Shown here piece after piece: positions 54,443 to 64,000 of a stretch of DNA of 64,000 nt (positions are counted from its first letter, which is position 1; every line of letters begins with the position of its first letter). Made by a program: the position numbers and the translations under genes. Under the pieces are notes generated by a model. It saw only the letters and a list, made by a program, of their open reading frames with translations. It was not told where the DNA came from and did not search any database. The DNA is from Eledone cirrhosa (Eukaryota), in the NCBI GenBank assembly GCA_964016885.1, contig OZ024743.1, positions 338,582,001 to 338,646,000 of the forward strand. Direction: 5' to 3'.

Positions 54443-57400
54443 TCAGATATTCAGGACGTATCGGAGGGTTCTTGCCGTTCCAAGCAAGCATGCCTTTTGA
54501 AGCGTTCCAAAAAGCGTGAAGGGGCCGATTTTCTTTAACCATCCCTGGAAACCTTTGGAGATAGTCCCCAGTGCGCCTATGACAATCGGGATCACTTTGA
54601 CTTCATGGCAGTTCCAAATCCTTTTCACCTCCCACTTTAGGTCCTGGTATCGGTTAATTTTCTCCCTCTCCTTCTCTTGCACTCTCGTGTCGAACGGGCA
54701 GGCCACATCCACAATCAGGCACGATCTTTTTTCTTTGTCCACAACCACCAGGTCAGGTCTATTGTGTTCCAGTTTTTTGTCCGTCTGTATCCTAAAATCC
54801 CACAGCACCTTCACCTGACTGTTCTCCATCACCGCCTCTGGCCTATGCTCATACCATTTCTCAGAATGTGGTAGATTGTTTACTTTGCACAGGTGCCAGT
54901 GGATCACCCTGCCCATCACATCGTGTCTCCAGCCCTTATAGTGGGTCTGGGCTAGGTGTTTACACTCGGACACAATGTGAGCCACAGTCTCCTCTCTCTC
55001 TCCACAGATCCTGCACAGTGGGCTAGCCTCCTCCTTGTAGATATGGTGCTTCAACCACTTCGTTTTGAGGGCCTGCTCCTGCGCAGCCATTAGCATTCCT
55101 TCTGTAGCCTTTTTGAGGTCTCCTCTTCTCAACCAGTTCCATGTCTGTGGATCTCTAAATTCAGTTTTCTCAAAGAAGGTACTATGAAGGGATTTTCCCT
55201 TAAGGCTGCTCTTCCTCCTTGATGTTATTTCCTCCTTGGGTATCCCCTGGCCTACTGTCCCCTCCTTCAGTACAGCTCTGAGCATTGGCTCCTTACTATA
55301 GGTCACGTATTTGTATAGGTTGTTTTTCTCCATCTGAACACAGTCCTCTATGCTGATAAGACCTCTTCCACCCTCAGATCTCCTTAGGTAGAGTCTATCG
55401 ACATCACTCCTCTTGTGGAACATGTTGTAGATAGTCAATAGCTTCCTAGTCTTCCTATCCATTTCTTTTTGTTCAGCAACATTCCATCTCAGAATTCCCG
55501 CACTGTACCTAATAATAGACACAGCTCGGGAATTTACTGCGCTTATGGCATTTCTGCTGTTCAGATGTGACTTCAATACGCTCCTTACTCTCCGAATGTA
55601 TTCAGTTCTTAACAATTCCTTCATTTTTTTGTTCTTTATGCCATCAGCCTCCAGAACGCCCAAATACTTGTATCCTTCCTCAGAGTCAATTTCCTTTATC
55701 ATCTCACCTGTTGGTATCTGGATCCCGTTACTTCTGCTCAACCTACCCCTCCTCATCACAATGACTCCACATTTACCAATACCAAACTGCATACATATAT
55801 CACTGCTGAAAATACGGACAGTGTCAACAAGCACATCCAACTCCTTCTCACTTTTCCCGAAGAGCTTAAGATCGTCCATGAAGAGGAGGTGATTGATGGT
55901 AAGCTCTCCCCTTCCCAACTTGTATCCTGCTCTCACTTTTCGCAGCATAATGGTCAAGGGCATCAGGGCAAGGACAAACAACAGAGGGGACAGGCTATCT
56001 CCCTGGAAGATACCTCTCTTGATCTTCACGCTTCCCAAGGATACTCCAGTTGATGTCAACTCTGTCTCCCAGGACCCCATACTCCTGCCCAGCAACTGTC
56101 TGATGTTATCTGCCACCCTGAAGATCTCCAGGCTTTTGGTGATCCAGGAATGAGGCACCATGTCAAATGCCTTTCTGTAGTCTATCCATCCCATGGCAAG
56201 ATCAGTGTGTCTCCTCCTGCAATTCCCCATTACCATCTTATCAATAAGCAACTGGTCCTTTGTACCACGTGACTTCTTTCGGCATCCTTTCTGTTCGTCC
56301 GGCAACAAGTTGTTTGTGTGGAGGTGATGGTAGATTTCCTCAGACACAATGCTCGTCAACAGTTTCCACATTACGGGCAGACATGTGATAGGTCTATAGT
56401 TGGTAACATCATTACCCTTGATTCGGTCTTTCATTATCAGAACTGTGGTACCTTTTGTCAACCACTCTGGCACCTCACCCGACACCAAGCAGTCATTGAA
56501 CATGGCCGTCAGCTTCGGGTGGAGGGATGTTAAATGTTTAATCCAATACCCCTGCACACCATCTGGGCCTGGTGATTTCCAGTTGGTTAGTTTTTTGGCT
56601 TGCCCCTTAAGAGTTTCAACTGTGATACTCAAATCAGTCTGTTGCTGTGCCTGCTCACCGATCTCCCTCTGTACTGTCTCAATCCACCCTGCCTGGGCAT
56701 TGTGTCTAACATCCTGCTCCCATATTCCTCTCCAGAATGTTTTAGCTTGTTCCGCCCCAGGGATCAAGTCGGTGCCTCTTTCTTTCCCCTCAAGCTGTCC
56801 AAACAGCATCTTCTGGTTGTTGTCGAACATGCGGTTCTGTTTATACTGACTGACTCTGTTCTCGTATCGCCTGATTTTGGCACTCTTTGCTACAATGCGT
56901 TGCTTCAATTCCTCTATGATAATATTTAGCTTTTTACTCCTAGTTTTGTATTTTATTTCCAGTCTATTTTTAGTGCCTATGTTTTTTAGTGTCCCATTCA
57001 GTAGTGACTCAAGCTTTCCTATGTCATTTCTCATTTCCCCGATTTGCCCACTCAGTCGCTTCTTCCACCACGGCTCTGCTCTTTCTTGTCTGTTGTTTCC
57101 TCTCGCTTTTATACCAAGTAGTTTCCTCACCGTATTTGCTGTTGCTTTGAGGATATTGTTGCACTGGTGAAGACTCCTCGCCTCAAGGTATGGGATGACT
57201 TTGTTTACCTTAGCTGTTGTTTCTTTTAACTTTTTCCTGTCTACAAATCTTAGGTTCATAGGTCTCCCACTATCATTGTTCAACTCATCTACCACTAAAT
57301 TTAGGATGTCAACCGAATCTTGTCCTAGCCCGTCAGCATTCATCTCCTCAGTGGCCGTATCTCTGTTCCAGGTATTATTTATCTCAGTATTCAGATCATT

Positions 57401-57832
57401 GTCTGCTTCGGGTGGTTCCTCCGCTCTCAGGACCTCCTCACCTTCATTTCCCGCCGGCTCGCTTGTCTGGCATACTACACCCGCCATCTCCAAGCCATTC
57501 TCTCTGCTCAGTTCCTCCAGTTCCAGCTCGCTTATCCACCCATTAGTTCTTATTACCCGAGCCTGCCCGGCCAATTTTTGTTCATCTAATTTAAATAAAC
57601 CAATCTCGTTCCAGATGTTATGCATCCGTCTCCTGTAGCCCCTCTCCTTGGGGTTGCTTTTCAGGTAGCATTGCATAACAGTTCTATTCAATTCTTTCGT
57701 CCAGTTGGTTCTGGCCCCTTTCCTTCTTCTTCCTCCAACATCAGCAGTATTTGGTTGACAGTCAGGTTCCTGCTGCTGAGCCAGGGGGCACCTGTTGGGT
57801 GAGAGTCTGTCACATGACGTTCTAGTCTCCAT
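54443..57832 (-). CDS. Intact R4/Dong-clade non-LTR retrotransposon protein (RT plus restriction-like endonuclease), 1129 aa
   Basis: KSPGPDG, NYRPITCL, WIDYRKAFD, GIFQGDSLSP, FMDD, CRIC..ETVAHIVSEC, RHD, NRPDL...D....EK. Short 3' UTR then (TAA)n. Confidence 0.95.
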   Translation of the reverse strand: METRTSCDRLSPNRCPLAQQQEPDCQPNTADVGGRRRKGARTNWTKELNRTVMQCYLKSNPKERGYRRRMHNIWNEIGLFKLDEQKLAGQARVIRTNGWISELELEELSRENGLEMAGVVCQTSEPAGNEGEEVLRAEEPPEADNDLNTEINNTWNRDTATEEMNADGLGQDSVDILNLVVDELNNDSGRPMNLRFVDRKKLKETTAKVNKVIPYLEARSLHQCNNILKATANTVRKLLGIKARGNNRQERAEPWWKKRLSGQIGEMRNDIGKLESLLNGTLKNIGTKNRLEIKYKTRSKKLNIIIEELKQRIVAKSAKIRRYENRVSQYKQNRMFDNNQKMLFGQLEGKERGTDLIPGAEQAKTFWRGIWEQDVRHNAQAGWIETVQREIGEQAQQQTDLSITVETLKGQAKKLTNWKSPGPDGVQGYWIKHLTSLHPKLTAMFNDCLVSGEVPEWLTKGTTVLIMKDRIKGNDVTNYRPITCLPVMWKLLTSIVSEEIYHHLHTNNLLPDEQKGCRKKSRGTKDQLLIDKMVMGNCRRRHTDLAMGWIDYRKAFDMVPHSWITKSLEIFRVADNIRQLLGRSMGSWETELTSTGVSLGSVKIKRGIFQGDSLSPLLFVLALMPLTIMLRKVRAGYKLGRGELTINHLLFMDDLKLFGKSEKELDVLVDTVRIFSSDICMQFGIGKCGVIVMRRGRLSRSNGIQIPTGEMIKEIDSEEGYKYLGVLEADGIKNKKMKELLRTEYIRRVRSVLKSHLNSRNAISAVNSRAVSIIRYSAGILRWNVAEQKEMDRKTRKLLTIYNMFHKRSDVDRLYLRRSEGGRGLISIEDCVQMEKNNLYKYVTYSKEPMLRAVLKEGTVGQGIPKEEITSRRKSSLKGKSLHSTFFEKTEFRDPQTWNWLRRGDLKKATEGMLMAAQEQALKTKWLKHHIYKEEASPLCRICGEREETVAHIVSECKHLAQTHYKGWRHDVMGRVIHWHLCKVNNLPHSEKWYEHRPEAVMENSQVKVLWDFRIQTDKKLEHNRPDLVVVDKEKRSCLIVDVACPFDTRVQEKEREKINRYQDLKWEVKRIWNCHEVKVIPIVIGALGTISKGFQGWLKKIGPFTLFGTLQKACLLGTARTLRYVLNI

Positions 57833-58249
57833 TTCACCGTTATTCGAACTGTTTATGTTCGATATTTAAACACTCTTATCGAGGATTGGCGAATGTATGT
57901 TTACATAGCCATCTGTGGATCCGCCATCCCACTTGGCCCTTGTGTGGCATTATCACCACGCTGTATACGGACACACATAAACAAACAAACACACGGGCAG
58001 AAAGGGTCCCAAAAATGAATAAGCATAAGTTTCATTGTAATGTAGTATTCGAATGTCTGACTTAGTTTTTGTTTTTTAAGTTTTACTTTTTCCCCCCTCT
58101 TCTCTGTCCGACCGCCTGCTTCTCTCTTCATTCTTATTTTCTTTACGTTTTTGGGGTTTCTTTTTTTGTTTTTGTTTTTCTCTGTTTTTCTCGTTTTTTA
58201 CTGTTGTTGCTGTGCTGCTTTTGTTGTTTGTTTTTTCTTTTTTCTTTTG

Positions 58250-59224
58250 AGTCTATCTATATATTTTGATGCCTTCCTCTTTGTTAGTAGTAGGAATTCT
58301 ATAATGTGGAAGTGGTAGCCAGCAGAGACTGGCGGCGTTGGCGATACTGAGACAGTGGTGGTGGTGATGTCGATACCGAGGCAGTGGTGGCGGTGATGCG
58401 ACCGTATTACTGTAGTGATGGTGCTGTAGCGGTGGCAGCAGCAGTGAAGGAGTCAGGGGGTGGTGGCGGCGGTGATGGGATAGTGGTGGCAATGATGGCT
58501 GTAGTGAGCGGTGGCGGTGAAGGTGAAAATGCTGTTGTGTTTAGTGTACACAGATGATGGGGTGGGTGGTGTATCTAGTTTCTGGTGTTGGTGAGTTTCG
58601 CTGTCCTATATAGTGTAGCCAGAGGAGAGGAGGGGGGGGGGGGGTTCTTCTTCTTCCATTTATAGCCATTTTATTTTTTTTTTGGATATACAGTGTACAA
58701 TACAAAGTTGAATATTTGAATATTTGAGCCGTATTACTGTAGTGATGGTGCTGTAGCGGTGGCAGCAGCAGTGAAGGAGTCAAGGGGTGGTGGCGGCGGT
58801 GATGGGATAGTGGTGGTAATGATGGCGTAGTGAGCGGTGGCGGTGAAGGTGAAAATGCTGTTGTGTTTAGTGTACACAGATGATGGGGTGGGTGGTGTAT
58901 CTAGTTTCTGGTGTTGGTGAGTTTAGCTGTCCTATATAGTGTAGCCAGAGGAGAGGAGGGGGGGGGGGGTTCTTCTTCTTCCATTTATAGCTATTTTTTT
59001 TTTTTTTTTTTGGATATACAGTGTACAATACAAAGTTGAATATTTGAATATTTGAGCCTTATAACAATATATTTTGGGTCCGAATTTTTTGGGGCTCAAG
59101 CCGGGTGCTTTACGTAGCATTTGTACTAAGAGTTGTTATTTCACAAATGATTTAAATATGTTAAAAATTCAAAACTTACGGGAGCGATTTCATGACCTCC
59201 GTCACCTCGTGCGTCTTCTGCCAT
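58250..59224 (-). mobile_element. Probable 5' end of another Tx1-like LINE with about 330-bp tandem duplication
   Basis: Starts ATGGC after (TAA)n and shares tgacggagg..gctc.gtaag with the 5' end at 48297. Duplicate blocks at about 58400-58727 and 58728-59058. Confidence 0.5.
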
Positions 59225-59499
59225 TATTATTATAATTATTATTAGTATTATTATTATTATTAGTAGTAGTAGTATTAGTAATACTATTTGTATTAATTTT
59301 ATGTCTTTATTTAATTTCCCCGTTTTTGTTTAATTGGTTGTTTGTATGTATGTTTGTATGAAGAAGACATGCATGTGTGTGTGTGTGTGTATATGTGTGT
59401 GTATATATATATATAATGTGTGTGTGTGTATGTATGTATTATTGTATATTTATTCAGTTTATAAGTATCTATCCACTACACAACCACCGTCCGTCTCCA

Positions 59500-59563
<64 letters not shown>

Positions 59564-59750
59564 GGGCGGTGGATTGACAGTATCGGTAGAGGCTCGGACG
59601 CCATGCTTTGACGCATAGAGTTACGGCCCTTTCCATTCTGAGTTCAAATCCCGCCGAGGTTAACTTTGCCTTTCATCCTTACGGGGTCGATAAAATAAAG
59701 TACCAGTAATACACTGGGTAATTGCTGGCCTTGTGCCAAAAGTAGAAACA
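59564..59750 (+). mobile_element. tRNA-derived SINE embedded in (ATT)n
   Basis: Homologous to 26884-27078, with a B-box and (ATT)n on both sides. Confidence 0.85.
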
Positions 59751-59775
59751 ATTATTATTATTATTATTATTATTA

Positions 59776-62700
59776 TGGCTGCACATGTGTGAAGACAGTA
59801 CAAATCTGCGGGAGGAAAGGTTCGTAACTTTAAGCTGTTTTAAAGCGTCATTTTTTGTATTTTCTTGTCGTTAACGAAACTTAAGGTACACATCTTGATT
59901 TAAAGAGAGGGATACCTCTCAATATTCGGGCTTTAAGCCCGAATATTGGGATTTATTTTTAAAAATTTCGAAAAAAATCGCTTCCCTACCCACCAAAAAA
60001 ATTTATTGAAATTTTCGACCTTGAAACGTTCAGGTCAAAAGTTTAAAGGCAGCCACTGTAGATTTCACTACGACTACGACGGCTACAGTCATGTCTGTCA
60101 TCCATTCTACTGAATGTGAAGGCAAAACCAAAAAGCTACCATCACAACCTTCTGTGATAGCAGCAGTATCATCTGAAAACGACATCACCACCACCGCCAC
60201 CACCACCACCACAATAACGACAATAACACCGACAGCTTCAATGTAAACACGGATGGCGGTGGCAACAGCATCAACAAACAAAACAACAACAACAACACCA
60301 ATAACAACAGCAAGAATGACAACACCAACAATAAGAGCATCAGAAACACCACATTTGCTGCAGCAGCAGCAAAAACAAAGCGCTTATTGAATATTGATAT
60401 TGATATTAGCGATAAAGACGAACAGTTGGCCAAAGCGTGGAGGCTAATTAAACGGGAGAAGTCCTGGAAAACATGACCATCCCGGACGAGGCAATAGCGG
60501 CCATGCAAAGGAGGACGGTGTTCTTTCGATGACAAATTCAACAATATCAACACCACTAACATGAAAACAAATAGCGACAACACCAACACCAACAATACCA
60601 ACTGCACCGAGAACAACGGTGGCAACAAAGACAACAATCATAACAGCAACAACGACAACAACACACCCAACGAAAACAAGAAGAACACTTTCGCTGCGGC
60701 AGCAGCAAAAAAGAGGCCATGCTTCAACATGGACCTCTCAAACAAAGATGAAAAGTTGGCCCAGGCATGGAAGCTCATCAAGCAAGAGCAAACCTGGGCC
60801 AACTTAACTGTCCCGGTAGAAGCTATTGAGGCAGTGGAGCGCAGAACGGTGCATTATAGATGCATCTCAGCACAAACCAAAAGGGCAGCTTTAATCCCAC
60901 AAGCAGATGTCGAAGTCGCGCTGAGGTACATCAGAGAAGACACCGAATACATAGAGAGGGGCAGAGAGTACGGCACCATTTCGGTGTTGTTCAAGTCAGA
61001 AGCCCTCGCTATGAAACACGCTATGACTCCTTGCAAAACCAGCAAGGTCATAATGTACCCCTCCCACATGGGTAAAAGAACGGCCCGTCTCCGCATTCCC
61101 AGAATCCCACCAGGACTTGACATGTGGTGGCTTCTGGGATGTGTGATTGTGGAGGGGACGGATACCGTCCCTATAGAAGTGACCAGAACGGCCAGAGAGG
61201 ACTCGTCCGGGGTTAACCTGGAGATCCTTCTCCAGATCAGGCCCGAGAATGTGAAGACAATCCCGGACCACATCCGCCTTCAGAATGGGACGGTCATTCA
61301 CATTATGACCGAATGCAAAAGGCCGCAGTGTTTTGTTTGTGGGGAAAAACCCCATTTGCGAGCCTTCTGCCCTCAACTGCTGAAAGGGCAGGGGTCGAAA
61401 GGCTGCACTGCTGCCGACGCCGGGGCGAGGACCACAACCAACACCAGCACCGTCAAAACCACCAACAACAACACCAAAAGAAAGACCACCACCAACATTG
61501 ACCACCCAGGGGGGAAACGAGGAAAGCTGTCAAATTCCCCCCCCCCCCCCAAATACACACACCAATAAAACCATAAACATACATACAGACACACTTACAG
61601 ACACAGACCCCTCATCTACCAGTAGTGAAGATGAGGGAAAACCAAAATCCCCCAAAATACAAAAAAGGAAACACAAAAAGAAAAAAAAAAAACTCAACAA
61701 AGCACAAAATCACCCACAATAAAAAACGCAGACACCGCCCACGCAAACATCTCGTGAATAACACCAACATCAACACCACCATCACCATCACCAGAATCCC
61801 CCAAACGCAAACAACCTAAACAGACGCAAGAACAAATATACACACAAACATCTGAAACCGCACTCACAACAAACACAGACACAACCGAAACAACACCACC
61901 AAAACCATCACCACCACAGCCACGCAAACAAATAAAATCACACCAACAAAACATACAAAACTTCGTGCTCGTCAGGAGGGCCAACAAGGAACTGATGGCC
62001 CTCGTAGCACGAAGTGAAAATATACAAAAAGAGGGGGAAATTTTTAAATCGAGCACATTTCGCATGCCGGAAGATTTGGTTCTGGTGCGAATGTCGATCG
62101 ATTTATTCAAAGAAATACGAGACAGCTTTCCTCGGGACGTGGGAACCCCGAACGTAAAACCCACTTCAAGACTTTTAAAGGGGTTCCCAAAAGAAACCCC
62201 ACCAACTATGGAGGTCGAACAACCCGACCTTCACAAGAGCCCGGAAGGTAAGTAAACCTTCCTCTCTCTCTCTTTTTAACCTGCCAACATGGCCGTATTA
62301 AGAGTAGGATGTTTAAATGTTCGATGCCTCAAAACGTCCTGGAAGCAGGGTCACCTGCTCAACGACCTCAGGTCTATAGAAATGGATGTAATTGCCGTCA
62401 GCAAGACCAGGATTTCCGACACAAGCGCACTAGCCCCCATTTTCGACGACTATCAGATCTTTTCATCTGTTAGACGGCCGGGAATGGGAGGCGGGGTGGA
62501 AGTGCTGTTTAGGAAAGGCCTGGATCTCGGGTAAGGTCGATCTTCCGGGATCCGGGTGGGAAGTTGGTGGTCCTGGACGTGAACAATAACGAAGGTGGTG
62601 CCTTTAGACTGGTGGCCTACTGGGGCAGGACGGCCGGACTTCTTTAGACGCCTGAAAGCCTTTCTGGGTACGTCTCGCCCTTTACTGTTAGCGGGGGAAT

Positions 62701-64000
62701 GGAACGGAATCTTAGACGCACGCTGGGATTGTGTGGGAGTATCCGATAGGAGCGGGGGGTGCAAAAGCCTCAAAAACCTGATCAGCCAGTTCCAACTGTT
62801 TTACAGGTACTGACTAGATTTCCCTAATGCGCCAGTGTGGACCTGGGCTAACCGCATATGGTCATCTAGATCGTATAGACAGGATATTCATTAGGAAAAT
62901 AGACAGAAATAGTGTAAGCTGTCCACGTTTTGAAACGGTCGCCTATTCAGATCACAAGTTTGTGATCTGTATGGTCGACCTAGATAAGACGCGTAGGTTA
63001 GGACCGGATTACTGGAAGCTAAACATGTCATTTCCGGCACGTCACTTACAGGGACCAGGTCAACAATTTAGTTAAGAAAAAGTTGACAGGGGGAGTCGTC
63101 AACAACAGATGGTGGGGGGCTCCCAAAAGAGAGATTAGAGTAATGTCGATAGAGTTTAGCATAGTAGCGTTAGAGAAAAATAGAAAGGAGGGGGAGTTGG
63201 TAGATAAGTTAGACGAGGCTATTGGTAGTGGCATTGCAACTGACGTGCTAGCGGCGAGATTGGCTTTAGACCATTTCTTCAATTCGAAACATGAAGGTTG
63301 CATTGTCAGAGCTAAGGCGCGTGCTCTGAGAAACGAGGGAACCAAAGCTGTTCGATGGGCCCGCGTGGCAGAGGCGCAGCGTGATAATAAAACCACGATT
63401 CGGTCTTTGACGGACCGATACGGGCAGGAGCTGAGCGATTCCAAGAGGATGTGTGAGGCCTTTCGCCAACATTTTGCTCGGTTGTTCGGGGGAAGTGGTG
63501 GGTCAGGATGGTGGTGGACTTCAGTCCCTACCTCGATGGCTTGCCGCAACTCTCGACGGCAGACGCTGGGCGCTGCGAAAGGCCAATTACTTCAGCCGAG
63601 ATTCAGGATGCCCTTGTCGGCTGCATGAGGCGCAAGTCACCCGGTTTGGATGGTCTGCCCTACGAGCTTTACGTAAATATGCCAGACTTGTTCTCCAATC
63701 TCCTCGAAGCCCCCTACTGCAACTGGAAGCAAAACGGGAGTATTCCCAGTTCTGTGAGCCGGGGCGTAGTGATGCTGATAAGGAAAGACGAGAACAAGAG
63801 GGACACATTAGACAATTTCAGGCCCATAACTCTGCTCAACACAGAGTTTAAGATTTTGGCCAGGGTGTTAGCGAAGAGGTTGGCGCTTGTCGTCGGGGAT
63901 TTTGTTGGGGAGGCGCAAACTTGCGCAATCCCAGCCAGGTCCATACACGATAACCTCCACCTAATGAGATACATCATAGAGAGGGTAGGGTGTAAACCTG
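59776..64000 (+). mobile_element. Degenerate Tx1-like LINE (ORF1 about 60090-62255; ORF2 from 62289, frameshifted, runs off the window)
   Basis: CFVCGEKPHLRAFC; CLNVR..WKQGHLLNDL, YSDHKFV, KSPGLDG, FRPITLLN. (ATT)n 5' flank. Confidence 0.93.

Noticed and set aside
54516-57802. Antisense ORFs over the Dong, Tx1 and Gypsy coding regions
   Set aside because: Shadow frames of the real TE ORFs.
57833-57990. HDV-like ribozyme upstream of the Dong ORF
   Set aside because: Hairpins are possible but no nested double pseudoknot was found by eye.

Overview
Eukaryotic, repeat-dense genomic DNA with no recognisable host protein-coding gene. The SINE types and the (TA)n/(TG)n/(GA)n landscape suggest an octopus or other cephalopod; this is inferred from recalled SINE consensus, not searched. 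The window holds a nest of four Tx1/L1-clade LINE copies in (TCTA)n microsatellite (1-4720), several Penelope-like element (PLE) remnants and a full Gypsy LTR element (37336-43196, 4-bp TSD). It also holds a near-full PLE (44850-47736), a full-length Tx1-like LINE (48291-54320) tail-to-tail with an intact R4/Dong-like RLE LINE (ORF 54443-57832), a second Tx1-like LINE (59776-end), SINEs, a Helitron end and an 18-bp minisatellite. The main hidden signal is about 20 type I hammerhead-ribozyme (HHR) motifs read by eye on both strands, about half with a canonical core. Most lie in short non-coding islands between (TA)n tracts. Several islands are a 320-570 bp monomer plus a partial second copy and/or a fold-back inversion, the layout expected of retrozyme-like or PLE pLTR-derived elements. 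All RNA folds were paired manually and need covariance and cleavage confirmation.
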